From: an uncultured Candidatus Saccharibacteria bacterium | GTDB taxonomy: Bacteria; Patescibacteriota; Doudnabacteria; UBA920 | Direction: 5' to 3' | Length of the DNA stretch: 64,000 bases | Assembly: GCA_964617815.1 (NCBI GenBank) | Contig: CAZTXY010000002.1 | Span: forward strand, 39,343 to 103,342 | In this document: piece by piece, positions 17,031 through 27,143 of the stretch | Numbering within the stretch: the stretch's first letter is position 1 | Layout of the letters: every line of letters begins with the position of its first letter | Notes under the pieces: model-generated | What the model saw: the letters and a program-made list of their open reading frames with translations, nothing else | What the model was told of the DNA's origin: nothing | The model's database searches: none | Made by a program: the position numbers and the translations under genes

Positions 17031-19643
17031 TTACTTTAGTATCAAGGTGTCATTTTCAACATCAAGGCTTATAGTTGTTCCCCGGCTTGGATTTGTTGTA
17101 AGAATTAACTGAGCCAGCAAATTTTGAACATTGTCCTGAACATAACGACGAATTGGACGTGCGCCAAGGGCGGCATCATATCCTTTTGTCGCAATGTCGT
17201 TGACAGCCTGCTCTGTCCACGACAGTTTCAAGCCTTTACTATCGAGCAATTGGTTGGCCAAGCCCTGAAGTTGGAGTACAGTAATTTGCGCAACCTCTGC
17301 GGGTGACAATGGCGTAAACAAAATTATGCCATCAAAACGGTTAAGGAGTTCTGGCGCAAAATGTTTTTGCAAAATATCCGCAGATAAAGTTTTCTTAATA
17401 TCCTCCAAAGCTTTTCCATTTGTAAGCCCTGCTTGAATTTCCGATGTTCCAGCATTAGAAGTGGCGATAATAATAGTGTGAGTTAGGTTAAGCGTCTCCC
17501 CTTTTCCAGTGGTTAGGCGCCCGTCTTCTAAAATTTGCAAAAACAAATTTAAAATTTCCGGACTAGCTTTTTCAAACTCATCCAATAAAAACAAACAAAA
17601 TGGATGATTCTTCAAGTGGTTAACAAAAGGAGAATTAATTGTGTCATCCTTGCTGCCAAGAAGCTTTTGCAAACCATCCCCACCACGGTACTCAGACATG
17701 TCTAAGCGTAGTAGAAAATCTGCATCCCCAAAATAAACTTTGGTTAAAGTTTTGGCAAGCTCAGTCTTACCTACACCAGTTGGCCCTACAAACATAAATG
17801 ACCCAAGTGGCCGAGACCCGCTTTGAAGACCAGTACGAGCCCGCCTCAAAGCCTCGCTTACTGCATGAACCGCTTCTTTTTGTCCAATAATATATTTAGC
17901 CAAATCGCTTTCCAGTGATAAAAGTTTATCCGCTTCTTTTTGATTAAATGTATCTGTTGGAATGTGAGTTTTTTCACTAACATGTTGACCAATAATTTCT
18001 GCGGTAATAAGCTGGCCACCCCCACCCTTACTTCGAAGCTTAGTGGCAACTTCTGTTAGAATTCCAATAGTTTTTTGTGGTTGACCACCCCCTTGAATGT
18101 AACGATCGCTTAAATCAACAGCTGCTTCGACGGCTTGGTACAAGAAAAAAACATTGTTCTGCCCTTCTAATAAGCTTGCTTTAATACAAGAGGCTAAAAT
18201 TACACCACGGCGTGGTAAGTCCTGTAATTCATAAACTGTAAAGAGTTCATCAAAGCTTAAAGTATTTTTTAAATAATTTTGATAATCATTAGGAGTAGTC
18301 GTACCAATAACCACTAAGTTACTAGACTGTAAGTGATTTGTTAAAATTTCTAACAAACTCAGGCCTTGGCTTGTCTGAGCCTTACCTAAAACGTGCATGT
18401 CTTCTAAAACCAGAACGATATTATCTGACTTTTCTGCTTCCGAAAGCGCTTGAATCAAAACTTGTTCAGCCGGTAATTGACTACCAATAATTGCAGAGAC
18501 CTCAAGTTTAATTAAACGCTTATCTTGCAATAATGGTGGCACGGTTTCTGTAACCATTCGGTAAGCTAACTCATTAACTAAAGTACTTCGCCCTGTTCCC
18601 AGTTGTCCACTAATAAGTAAATTACGTCTACCTTCACTTAAAAAAGTGAAAAGCTTTTCTAAGTCTGGCTCTCGTCCAATTGCAACTGGCAATTTTCCAT
18701 ACTTAGCAGTGATGGTTAGATCCTGTGAAAACTGATCAAGATATTTTGTTGGGACGGCAGTCAAGCCTTTATTAATTTCATTATCCGAACGCAAATGTGA
18801 AGTTTTTCGAAAATCATTGAGCTCTTCACTAAGCATGTGCACTTCAAATACCCATGAAGCTACAATTTCTATTTTTTCCAAAGAAACATCTTGTTTCTCT
18901 AGCATGGCACGAAGAGGGTGATTCTCTGGCAACTCTTTTAAGATTGCACAAAATAGCATTAGAGAATCAACTGACTTATTCCTCAAAACAAAAGATTCTT
19001 CTAACCCTAAATATGGAATTTCTAAAATATTTAAAGTTTCGGCTGGCAAAACTTCTTCAACCTGTCCCTGAGAAACTAGACTTTGAATAATTTGACTTGC
19101 AGGCACTCCAAGCCGATACAATAATGTTTGCACTCGAGAGTCTTCCACTAAACTTTCAACGATATCTGAGAGTACCGGGAAACTGCGACCATGACTTTTG
19201 GCTTTGGCCAAAGACATGTTCCAAGCAGTCTTAGTTTTGCTGTCGAATAGATTGTATACGTCTATGGGTTTACTGCTACTTTCTTTTTGTGAGATAGCAA
19301 ACACGCTCATCGTTTCTTCACGCAAATGATTTTGTTTATACAATGCCCAAAAATAACAATCTGCTAGAACTGACAACCAAAATATAAGATAATAAAAACT
19401 ATGTCCAAAAGCGTCGAGTTCTGCTGAAGAATTTAACCGCGACCAAAATCCAAAAAGTCCGGCAACTAGTCCAACAACGCCAATTATACCGAGAATAAAA
19501 AAGCGCACGCTACTCCCTTGCTTCGCTACAGTTGCCGCAGTAATTCGGCCTTGGTTAAAACTTCCAGAAAAACAAAATATACCGTGACTGCAACGGCAAC
19601 CCAAAGACCAAGTGTCAGTTGTTTTATAAAATTCTAAGTCCAT
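17031..19643 (-). CDS. ClpB-like AAA+ chaperone with an N-terminal transmembrane region; NBD1 Walker A/B degenerate, NBD2 intact
   Basis: NBD1 reads GQLGTGRST (Lys to Arg) and LVLEDMH (DE to ED). NBD2 reads GPTGVGKTELAKTL and LFLLDEFEKA, with GARPIRR sensor. Two predicted TM helices (FFILGIIGVVGLVAGLFGFW, FYYLIFWLSVLADCYFWALY) precede the Clp_N-like region. No IGF/IGL ClpP-docking loop was seen. Confidence 0.8.
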   Translation of the reverse strand: MDLEFYKTTDTWSLGCRCSHGIFCFSGSFNQGRITAATVAKQGSSVRFFILGIIGVVGLVAGLFGFWSRLNSSAELDAFGHSFYYLIFWLSVLADCYFWALYKQNHLREETMSVFAISQKESSSKPIDVYNLFDSKTKTAWNMSLAKAKSHGRSFPVLSDIVESLVEDSRVQTLLYRLGVPASQIIQSLVSQGQVEEVLPAETLNILEIPYLGLEESFVLRNKSVDSLMLFCAILKELPENHPLRAMLEKQDVSLEKIEIVASWVFEVHMLSEELNDFRKTSHLRSDNEINKGLTAVPTKYLDQFSQDLTITAKYGKLPVAIGREPDLEKLFTFLSEGRRNLLISGQLGTGRSTLVNELAYRMVTETVPPLLQDKRLIKLEVSAIIGSQLPAEQVLIQALSEAEKSDNIVLVLEDMHVLGKAQTSQGLSLLEILTNHLQSSNLVVIGTTTPNDYQNYLKNTLSFDELFTVYELQDLPRRGVILASCIKASLLEGQNNVFFLYQAVEAAVDLSDRYIQGGGQPQKTIGILTEVATKLRSKGGGGQLITAEIIGQHVSEKTHIPTDTFNQKEADKLLSLESDLAKYIIGQKEAVHAVSEALRRARTGLQSGSRPLGSFMFVGPTGVGKTELAKTLTKVYFGDADFLLRLDMSEYRGGDGLQKLLGSKDDTINSPFVNHLKNHPFCLFLLDEFEKASPEILNLFLQILEDGRLTTGKGETLNLTHTIIIATSNAGTSEIQAGLTNGKALEDIKKTLSADILQKHFAPELLNRFDGIILFTPLSPAEVAQITVLQLQGLANQLLDSKGLKLSWTEQAVNDIATKGYDAALGARPIRRYVQDNVQNLLAQLILTTNPSRGTTISLDVENDTLILK

Positions 19644-19646
19644 AAC

Positions 19647-19982
19647 TTAAGATAAAGGGACTAGCTGATAAAGGATCATAATTATCGAAAGTGGAATGAC
19701 TGCAAGATATAATAAAACAAAAATAAAAGCCGCGGTTATACGAATGCCAACCCATAGAAACTTTACAATAAGCAATGCTATGCGCAAAAAAAAGCTAATA
19801 ATGATTCCTGAGCGCGTATAATCGCCATAGAGGGGTTCTTTTAAATGCCGGGCGAATAAAACAAGTCCGGTATTATGCAAACTCCCTCTAGCTTTTAGAG
19901 TAAACCATTGCCAAATAATAGTAAGGCCTGTGGTATACCACCACACAGGAAGTGTAAAAATATTAAGTGGGACTATATTCAT
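19647..19982 (-). CDS. Small integral membrane protein (3 TM), translationally coupled to the ClpB-like gene (3-nt gap)
   Basis: 111 aa, hydrophobic throughout. Its stop at 19647-19649 is 3 nt from the downstream ATG at 19643. Confidence 0.45.
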   Translation of the reverse strand: MNIVPLNIFTLPVWWYTTGLTIIWQWFTLKARGSLHNTGLVLFARHLKEPLYGDYTRSGIIISFFLRIALLIVKFLWVGIRITAAFIFVLLYLAVIPLSIIMILYQLVPLS

Positions 19983-20092
19983 AACTTTTGTTTCAAACTC
20001 GATTAGCTTTAATTTATTATACGATATTTGAGCATTCCTGACTAATAATTAATCATAGCGGGGCTTTTAAATTTCCTTTATAATAGCTTTAT

Positions 20093-20665
20093 ATGAAAAA
20101 AGTTATTGCAATTATAGGCGAAATGGGTTCTGGTAAAGGAACCTTTATTAAAATACTAACGTCCATAGCTGGACTTGAGGCCTTTGGCAAAGTCAGCACA
20201 TCAGGATTTTTACGAAATGCCCTTAGTCTTTGGGGACTTGAGATCACTCGCGAAAATTTACAACTTCTTCCTCAAATAATGAAGAGCAGCTTTGGCCCAG
20301 ATACTTTTTTCGATGCAGTCGCCCACGAAATAGACAACCAAAAGCAAACCACTGTTATTTTTGATGGACCAAGATTTAATGCTGACATTTTATATCTAAA
20401 ATCAAAATACGAATTGACATTGGTTTATATTGAGACTGATATTAAAACGCGCTTTGAACGAATTATCGAGCGAGGAGAAAAACAAGGGGAAAACATCACC
20501 AGTTTTGAAAAATTTTTGGAACAACACAAAGCTCCTACAGAAAGCGAAATCCCCTTTCTAAAAACTCAGGCAACCTACGTCATTAATAACAACGGTGACT
20601 TGGATAACTTAGAACAGCAGACCAAAACCTTTTACGAAAAATTTATAGCAGACAGTAACTCCTAA
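20093..20665 (+). CDS. P-loop NTPase, nucleoside/nucleotide kinase-like
   Basis: Walker A IIGEMGSGKGTF near the N-terminus; 190 aa. The TATAAT box 8 nt upstream suggests a leaderless transcript. Confidence 0.5.
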   Translation: MKKVIAIIGEMGSGKGTFIKILTSIAGLEAFGKVSTSGFLRNALSLWGLEITRENLQLLPQIMKSSFGPDTFFDAVAHEIDNQKQTTVIFDGPRFNADILYLKSKYELTLVYIETDIKTRFERIIERGEKQGENITSFEKFLEQHKAPTESEIPFLKTQATYVINNNGDLDNLEQQTKTFYEKFIADSNS

Positions 20666-20705
20666 GCCTCTATTTAAACCATCTTATTTTATATATACTA
20701 AACCC

Positions 20706-22043
20706 ATGCTCAAGATTAAAAACTTTCTTCGCAATATTATTCCAAGGCAACTGTTTAAACTTGCGCAGCCATATTATCACGGCTTAATTGCTACTTTTGC
20801 CAATTTGTATTTCGGTGGGCCTTCGAAAAAACTCATTGTCATTGGTGTGACTGGCACTAACGGCAAAAGCACAACCGTTAATTTGATTGCGAAAATTTTG
20901 GAAGAGGCCGGACACAAAACAGGTTTAATTTCCACAGTCAATTTTAAAGTTGATGACTCAGAGCAACTCAATGATATGAAGATGACCACTCCTTCAGGCT
21001 GGTTACTGCAACAATGGCTAGCAAAGATGGTAGAGAATAAATTCGAGTACGCGGTTTTAGAAATTTCAAGTCAAGGGTTAGAGCAAAATCGGCACTTAGG
21101 AATTGAGTTTGATGTTGTTGTATTTACCAACTTAACACCTGAGCATATTGAAGCGCATGGTGGTTTTGAGCGCTACAAGCTTGCAAAAGCTAAGCTTTTT
21201 GCAAGCTTGAGCAAGTATAAAGTTAGAAAGATAAAGTTGAAAGTAAATTCAGGACTCAAAAAGACGATCGTTTATAACGCTGATGATTTACATGGAATGT
21301 ACTATAGCGATTTTCCTGCCGAACAAAAAATCAGCTACGGCATAAATAACACTGCCAACCTCCAAGCACTTGATACAGCCTATTCTCCATCGGGAATTAA
21401 CTTTATACTTTCTACTTTAACCTTTCACCTTCAACTCAAAGGCAAATTTGATATCTACAACGCCTTAGCCGCAATTGCTACTACTAATTCGCTGGATATT
21501 GATTTGGGGGTTGCTAAACGTGCCTTGGAAAAAATTCAGTTAATCCCAGGGCGCATGGAAGTAATTCAAGACAAACCATTTACGGTGCTTATAGACTACG
21601 CGCCTGAGCCATATTCTTTGCAGGCGCTCTATGACACCATCTCAGTCTGGCCAAAAAATAAGCTTATCCATATTTTAGGAAGCACTGGTGGAGGACGCGA
21701 TGTCGCACGCAGAAAAATCTTAGGACAGATGGCAGGGAAAACTGCAGATATTGTAATTGTCACCAATGAAGATCCCTACGACGACGATCCACAAGAAATA
21801 ATTCATCAGGTTGCAGATGGAGCAGTCAGTAGCGGTAAAGTCATTAAAGAAAACCTGTTTCGAAATCCAGACAGACGAGGCGCAATTGCCAAAGCTTTTT
21901 CTCTTGCCAAAGAAGGAGACCTGGTTTTAATAACAGGCAAAGGCTCCGAGCAAAAAATGGCGGTTAGCGGTGGTAACTACATTGACTGGGATGATCGAAA
22001 AGTAGCGCGGGAAGAATTACAAAAACTAGGCTCTAATTCCTAA
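20706..22043 (+). CDS. Mur ligase family protein (MurE/MurF-like UDP-N-acetylmuramoyl-peptide ligase)
   Basis: P-loop VIGVTGTNGKSTT, a DYAPEPYSL (DYAHTP-like) motif, and C-terminal GSTGGGRDVARR (GCGGDRDKGKR-like) motif. Confidence 0.75.
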   Translation: MLKIKNFLRNIIPRQLFKLAQPYYHGLIATFANLYFGGPSKKLIVIGVTGTNGKSTTVNLIAKILEEAGHKTGLISTVNFKVDDSEQLNDMKMTTPSGWLLQQWLAKMVENKFEYAVLEISSQGLEQNRHLGIEFDVVVFTNLTPEHIEAHGGFERYKLAKAKLFASLSKYKVRKIKLKVNSGLKKTIVYNADDLHGMYYSDFPAEQKISYGINNTANLQALDTAYSPSGINFILSTLTFHLQLKGKFDIYNALAAIATTNSLDIDLGVAKRALEKIQLIPGRMEVIQDKPFTVLIDYAPEPYSLQALYDTISVWPKNKLIHILGSTGGGRDVARRKILGQMAGKTADIVIVTNEDPYDDDPQEIIHQVADGAVSSGKVIKENLFRNPDRRGAIAKAFSLAKEGDLVLITGKGSEQKMAVSGGNYIDWDDRKVAREELQKLGSNS

Positions 22044-22135
22044 TTACTAATATCTGATATCTAATTAAAGTTTCAATTTTCAAATTTAAGCATTTTATTA
22101 GAAATTAGTAACTAGATATTCGAAATTTAAAATCT

Positions 22136-22516
22136 ATGATCCTATTTCTCGATACAACTGACTTTAATTCTATGCACTTAGCACTTATAGACAAAACAAT
22201 TATCGCTGAGCATGTTTTTGCTATTTCGTATAATGAAAACTATAAAACTTTAGACTTCATTGCCAAATTTTTATCCAAGCATAAAATGCTAAATACTAAA
22301 CACCAAGCACTTACTAAAATTATTGTCAGCAGTGGTCCAGGATCATTTACTGGCACACGTGTTGGCATCACTCTTGCTGGGGCGCTTGGCTTTTCCTGGA
22401 AAATTCCTGTCTCAGCAATCCCAAAAAATAAAATTCCAAAAGACCTAGACCGTCTAACCTCTATCAAAACCAGTCCAAAACTAACCATCGCCTACGCCCC
22501 ATCAAAATTCGACTAA
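22136..22516 (+). CDS. tsaB: tRNA threonylcarbamoyladenosine biosynthesis protein TsaB (YeaZ-like, short 126 aa)
   Basis: MILFLDTTDFNSMHLALI N-terminus and SSGPGSFTGTRVGI motif typical of TsaB. Confidence 0.65.
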   Translation: MILFLDTTDFNSMHLALIDKTIIAEHVFAISYNENYKTLDFIAKFLSKHKMLNTKHQALTKIIVSSGPGSFTGTRVGITLAGALGFSWKIPVSAIPKNKIPKDLDRLTSIKTSPKLTIAYAPSKFD

Positions 22517-22592
22517 AAAATCTTTATCTTTTCTTTATCTGTCATATGGTAGGCTACCTGTGATATAATATTAATCATCTAACAATAACCAT

Positions 22593-22835
22593 ATGTCAGA
22601 CATAAATTTCCAACCAGTTTTTGACTATATTGATCAAAATAATCAAGTTCTTGGAGAACAAATCCTTGGTCATGTAGATGAACAGCTTAGAGAAGTCAAA
22701 ACATCTATTGATAATCTCTCGAGCCAAGTCAAAACATATCATGAAGAAATGCTAATAAGTGGCCATCGCTTAGACCGACTCGAAGGCTGGGGAAAAATCG
22801 TGAGTACCAAAATTAATGTTCCACTTAAATTTTAA
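22593..22835 (+). CDS. Hypothetical small protein (80 aa, helical/coiled-coil-like)
   Basis: ORF followed directly by a strong terminator; no recognisable motifs. Confidence 0.4.
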   Translation: MSDINFQPVFDYIDQNNQVLGEQILGHVDEQLREVKTSIDNLSSQVKTYHEEMLISGHRLDRLEGWGKIVSTKINVPLKF

Positions 22836-22846
22836 ATTCCTTATCA

Positions 22847-22878
22847 AAAAGCCTGTCTTAGTAAGACAGGCTTTTTGA
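22847..22878. terminator. Bidirectional intrinsic terminator (agcctgtctt agta agacaggct + ttttt)
   Basis: Perfect 9-10-bp stem between the convergent genes 22593-22835 (+) and 22884-23624 (-). Confidence 0.8.
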
Positions 22879-22883
22879 TAAAC

Positions 22884-23624
22884 TTATTCTTCTAATTTAA
22901 AGCGCCAGATAACGAGCAACAGCATAACTATCAACCAACCAGTCAGGACGGCAAAATTTATCCAGACATCATGCCAGGCAAACGGATACAAATAAACTTT
23001 ACGAAAGGCGTCGGCTAAATAAGTAATGGGTAAAACTTTAGCAAAGTACTGTACCGCTTCAGGCAATTTCTCAATTGGAAAAAAAATATTACCAAGTGCA
23101 GTGAGGGGCAAGCCAATACCTGCAGTAATTGGCGCGGCTGTTTCGTATGTTTTAGCCAGAGAGGAGATCCATAAACCAAGTAGCAGAAAAATGCTACCAC
23201 CAAGTAAAGTTAATATTAAAATTGCTAAAATATTCCAGGCGAAAATGACTTTAAAAACTAAAAGCCCAATTACAGTCAAAATGATTATTTGTAGGAGCAT
23301 CACTAGAAGTCTTGAGGCCACTACCGAAAGCGCCATTTCATAGGCTTTTATCGGTGTAACTAAAAATCGTTTTATCACTCCCCTGCTTTTTAAATCCACC
23401 ATCCAATAAGCTAAACCATAAATTCCCCCGGTCATAATCACATAGGCTATCATCCCGGGGAGTAAAAATGATGCATAAGACTCTTTAGTGCCAATAAGTC
23501 GGTCAATTGGCACAAATGACAAGCCGACATAAAAACCCACTGGCATAGCAATAGTCCAAAACAACGCCGCAGGATTGCGGTATAATAACTTCAAATTTAT
23601 ATTCAATAAAGCAAAGAAAGACAT
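22884..23624 (-). CDS. ABC-2 type transporter permease
   Basis: Six TM segments, 246 aa; stop/start adjacent (1-nt gap) to the upstream ABC ATPase. Confidence 0.75.
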   Translation of the reverse strand: MSFFALLNINLKLLYRNPAALFWTIAMPVGFYVGLSFVPIDRLIGTKESYASFLLPGMIAYVIMTGGIYGLAYWMVDLKSRGVIKRFLVTPIKAYEMALSVVASRLLVMLLQIIILTVIGLLVFKVIFAWNILAILILTLLGGSIFLLLGLWISSLAKTYETAAPITAGIGLPLTALGNIFFPIEKLPEAVQYFAKVLPITYLADAFRKVYLYPFAWHDVWINFAVLTGWLIVMLLLVIWRFKLEE

Positions 23625-23625
23625 T

Positions 23626-24597
23626 TTAGTTATCTACCTCCAACTCTATACCAGTTAAGTCTAAATAAACATCTTCGAGAGTTGCAGTCTTCACGGTAAA
23701 ACCACTAAACTCTATTTTATTATTTTTTAAAACCTCTATAATCACGGCGATGTGCTGCAGGCTGTTGATCTCTAAAATAACTTTGGGATAGTTGCTGTAA
23801 ACTTTCTCTACTTCTGGAAGGTCTTGCCAAAAACTGGCTTCAATTTCATTATTTGTAAAAAATGAAACCTGTGTAGTGTGAGAGAGTTCATCGATAAGCG
23901 AACGTGGATTGTCTATAACTAAAATTTGTCCTAGGCTCATAATCGCCACGCGGTTACATAAATACTCCGCCTCTTCCATATAGTGAGTGGTTAGCACAAT
24001 GGCAATTCCTCGGCTATTAATACTGCGGACGAGTTTCCAAATATCGCGACGGGCTCTAGGATCAAGACCGGTCGTTGGTTCATCAAGAAATAAAATTTTT
24101 GGCTCGTTAACCAAACTGCTTGCAATAGTGAAACGCTGTTTTTGTCCGCCAGACAAATTTTTTACCTGTTCACCAATTTTATCCTCTAAACCCACAAACG
24201 TCAGCAACTCCAAAGCATTTACTTTTCTGCCATAGAGCGCACCAAACATTTCCAATTGTTCCTTTAGAGACAAGAGTGGCAAATACTCACTGCTTTGAAG
24301 TTGCACACCAATCTGTTTTTTAACTTCCAATTGATGCATAGTAATGTCTAGACCCAGTACAGAAATTTTTCCTGAGCTTGCTTGTTTTAAACCTTCCAGA
24401 ATTTCAAGAGTCGTAGTTTTCCCTGCTCCATTTGGTCCAAGAATTCCAAAAATTTCACCAGGATGAACCCTAAAAGAGACGCCTTTTACCGCGTCAAAGG
24501 TTTTCTGGCCGTTTTTAGACTTTGCTAATTTGTAAGTTTTAACTAATTCCTCTACTTCAATAACTGATTGCATGAAATAATTATAAGCAAAAGTCAT
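23626..24597 (-). CDS. ABC transporter ATP-binding protein
   Basis: Walker A GPNGAGKTT, signature LSGGQKQR, Walker B ILFLDEPTTGLD and H-loop. Confidence 0.9.
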   Translation of the reverse strand: MTFAYNYFMQSVIEVEELVKTYKLAKSKNGQKTFDAVKGVSFRVHPGEIFGILGPNGAGKTTTLEILEGLKQASSGKISVLGLDITMHQLEVKKQIGVQLQSSEYLPLLSLKEQLEMFGALYGRKVNALELLTFVGLEDKIGEQVKNLSGGQKQRFTIASSLVNEPKILFLDEPTTGLDPRARRDIWKLVRSINSRGIAIVLTTHYMEEAEYLCNRVAIMSLGQILVIDNPRSLIDELSHTTQVSFFTNNEIEASFWQDLPEVEKVYSNYPKVILEINSLQHIAVIIEVLKNNKIEFSGFTVKTATLEDVYLDLTGIELEVDN

Positions 24598-24651
24598 AAG
24601 GTAGGCAATGGGCTTTTTGTTTTAACAAGTTTTAAACGCTATACTTAGCTA

Positions 24652-26700
24652 ATGGATTTCAAATTACAAACAAAATACAAACCAGCCGGAGACCAACCCA
24701 AGGCCATTGCTGGACTCCTGGCTTCACTTAGCGCTGGCTACAAACACCAAACCCTGCTCGGCGTAACCGGAAGCGGCAAGACTTTTACCATGGCCAATAT
24801 TGTAAGCGAGATCCAAAAACCTACCTTGATAATTTGCCACAACAAAACCCTAGCCGCACAATTGGCGAGTGAATTCCAAGAGTATTTTCCTGACAATGCC
24901 GTGCACTACTTTGTCAGTTACTACGACTACTATCAACCAGAGGCCTACCTCCCCCGAAGTGATACCTATATAGAAAAAGATACTCAAATCAATGAAGAGA
25001 TTGATCGACTCCGAAATGCAGCCACTCAGTCGCTATTGTCGCGCAAGGATGTTTTGATAGTCGCATCAGTCTCCTGTATTTACGGTTTGGGGAATCCGGA
25101 TAACTATTTAGAACTATCGCTCAATATCAAAAAAGGGCAAAGCCTCAAACGCGACAAACTGCTCAGGCGCCTCACAGACTTGCAATTTAAAAGAAATGAC
25201 TACGACCTGCATCGTGCCACTTTTCGTCTTCACGGCGATGTCTTAGAAATCGTCTTGGCAAGCGAAGACACAATTATTCGTCTGGACTTTGATGGTGATG
25301 ATGTTGAAAAAATTCAGCGCCTCCATTTAATTACAAGCGAAGCTCTAGAAGAACTCGATGAGATTACAATCTTTCCTGCCAAACATTTTGTCACTCCAGA
25401 GGATAAACTCCATGGCGCAATGGATAACATTCGGGCTGAGCTCGCAGACAGATTGAAGGAACTAAAAGGGCAGGGCAAGCTGGTGGAAGCCCAGCGCTTA
25501 GAGCAACGCACTAACTTTGATCTTGAAATGCTGTCGAACACCGGCTTTGTCGCCGGCGTCGAAAATTACTCGCGCCAACTTGATGGCCGAAACCCCGGCG
25601 ACCCCCCTTCAACCTTAATTGATTATTTTCCAGATGACTTTTTACTTTTTATAGACGAGTCTCACCAAACTGTCTCACAAATTGGCGCCATGTTTGAAGG
25701 TGATAAATCGCGTAAAACAACTTTAGTGGACTATGGCTTTCGTCTTCCCAGTGCGATGGACAATCGTCCTTTGAAATTTACGGAATTTGAAGGGAAAATA
25801 AATCAAGTGGTTTATGTTTCCGCAACCCCTTCTGTCTATGAACTTAAAAAAAGTTTGTTAGAAAATGAAAACAAAAAACTGAAAAAAATCCCAACTCCTG
25901 AAAAATTAAAAAGTATAACTGTACTAGAGCAAATTAACCGCCCCACTGGCCTTCTGGATCCGACCATTGAAATTCAGCCAATAAAAAATCAGGTTGACCA
26001 CCTCTTAGAGCAGATTAAAGAGCGAATCTCCCGACACCAACGCGTCCTTGTGACTACACTTTCCAAACGCATGTCCGAAGAACTGACCGAGTACATTAAG
26101 GAAGCTGGGATTAAAGCACAGTACCTGCACTCAGAAGTCGAAACCTTTGATCGTTTGGAAATTTTACGCGATCTTCGGCTCGGCGTGTTTGATGTTGTCG
26201 TTGGAATTAACCTGCTTCGTGAAGGCCTTGATCTTCCGGAAGTTTCACTCGTCGCAATTTTGGATGCAGATAAAGAAGGTTTCTTGCGCAGCGAAACATC
26301 GTTCATGCAAATTATGGGACGCGGAGCTAGGCACTTAAATGGGCATGTGATTATGTATGCCGACCGGATTACCAAATCCATGCAAGCTGCAATTGACGAA
26401 ACCACTCGAAGACGCAAGGTACAAGAAGCTTACAACACCAAGCATGGCATTACCCCAGAAAGTATTCAAAAGAAAATTGCCGAAAGCAGGCTGTCTGGTG
26501 CAAAAGTTGAACAAGAACAAGAAAACAAAATTAGAGAAGTTGACGTCTCACGAATGAAGCCAGACGAGTTAAAGTATTATGTTGATGAATTAAACGACCA
26601 AATGGACTTAGCTGCGAGAAATTTGGAATTTGAACTGGCCGCTACGCTTCGGGACAAGATAGAAGAAGTGAGAAAACTCCGCAAACTCAAAAAGAAATAA
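24652..26700 (+). CDS. uvrB: Excinuclease ABC subunit B
   Basis: GVTGSGKTFT Walker A, beta-hairpin region, helicase motifs, C-terminal UVR domain (LEFELAATLRDKIEEV). Confidence 0.95.
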   Translation: MDFKLQTKYKPAGDQPKAIAGLLASLSAGYKHQTLLGVTGSGKTFTMANIVSEIQKPTLIICHNKTLAAQLASEFQEYFPDNAVHYFVSYYDYYQPEAYLPRSDTYIEKDTQINEEIDRLRNAATQSLLSRKDVLIVASVSCIYGLGNPDNYLELSLNIKKGQSLKRDKLLRRLTDLQFKRNDYDLHRATFRLHGDVLEIVLASEDTIIRLDFDGDDVEKIQRLHLITSEALEELDEITIFPAKHFVTPEDKLHGAMDNIRAELADRLKELKGQGKLVEAQRLEQRTNFDLEMLSNTGFVAGVENYSRQLDGRNPGDPPSTLIDYFPDDFLLFIDESHQTVSQIGAMFEGDKSRKTTLVDYGFRLPSAMDNRPLKFTEFEGKINQVVYVSATPSVYELKKSLLENENKKLKKIPTPEKLKSITVLEQINRPTGLLDPTIEIQPIKNQVDHLLEQIKERISRHQRVLVTTLSKRMSEELTEYIKEAGIKAQYLHSEVETFDRLEILRDLRLGVFDVVVGINLLREGLDLPEVSLVAILDADKEGFLRSETSFMQIMGRGARHLNGHVIMYADRITKSMQAAIDETTRRRKVQEAYNTKHGITPESIQKKIAESRLSGAKVEQEQENKIREVDVSRMKPDELKYYVDELNDQMDLAARNLEFELAATLRDKIEEVRKLRKLKKK

Positions 26701-26828
26701 AACTTAGGCTATCACCCCAGACCTAATCGGCATTCTATGCAGGCTTGCTTTTTCCGCCAATATCTACTATAATTGATTAACCGTGTTCAAGTTCTGTTAT
26801 CTATTCACTAATTTATATTTTCTAACTC

Positions 26829-27095
26829 ATGCCCAACACTAAATCTGCTGCCAAAGCCATGCGCCAAGCAGCACGTCGCAAAGTCTACAACATCAAGACC
26901 AAGGACAAGTTTAAGTCCGCAGTCAAAACAGTTCGCAAAGATATTACTGCTGGTGACAAATCTCTAGCAGAATCAAACTTGAAACTTGCTATGTCCACGT
27001 TGGATAAAGCAGTAAAAAAAGGTGTTATTCATAAAAACACAGCAAGCCGCAGAAAATCTCGTTTAGCAAAAGCAATTGGAAAACTCGCCAAGTAG
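26829..27095 (+). CDS. rpsT: 30S ribosomal protein S20
   Basis: MPNTKSAAKAMRQAARRKVYN... basic 88-aa protein. A TTGCTT-17-TATAAT promoter lies ~55 nt upstream. Confidence 0.9.
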   Translation: MPNTKSAAKAMRQAARRKVYNIKTKDKFKSAVKTVRKDITAGDKSLAESNLKLAMSTLDKAVKKGVIHKNTASRRKSRLAKAIGKLAK

Positions 27096-27108
27096 GCGAG
27101 TTTTTTTG
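27083..27108 (+). terminator. Intrinsic terminator overlapping the rpsT stop (actcgcc aagta ggcgagt + T7)
   Basis: Perfect 7-bp stem followed by a T-run. Confidence 0.8.
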
Positions 27109-27143
27109 TTGCATAAAAATAAAACTGACTTCATACTATTTCT

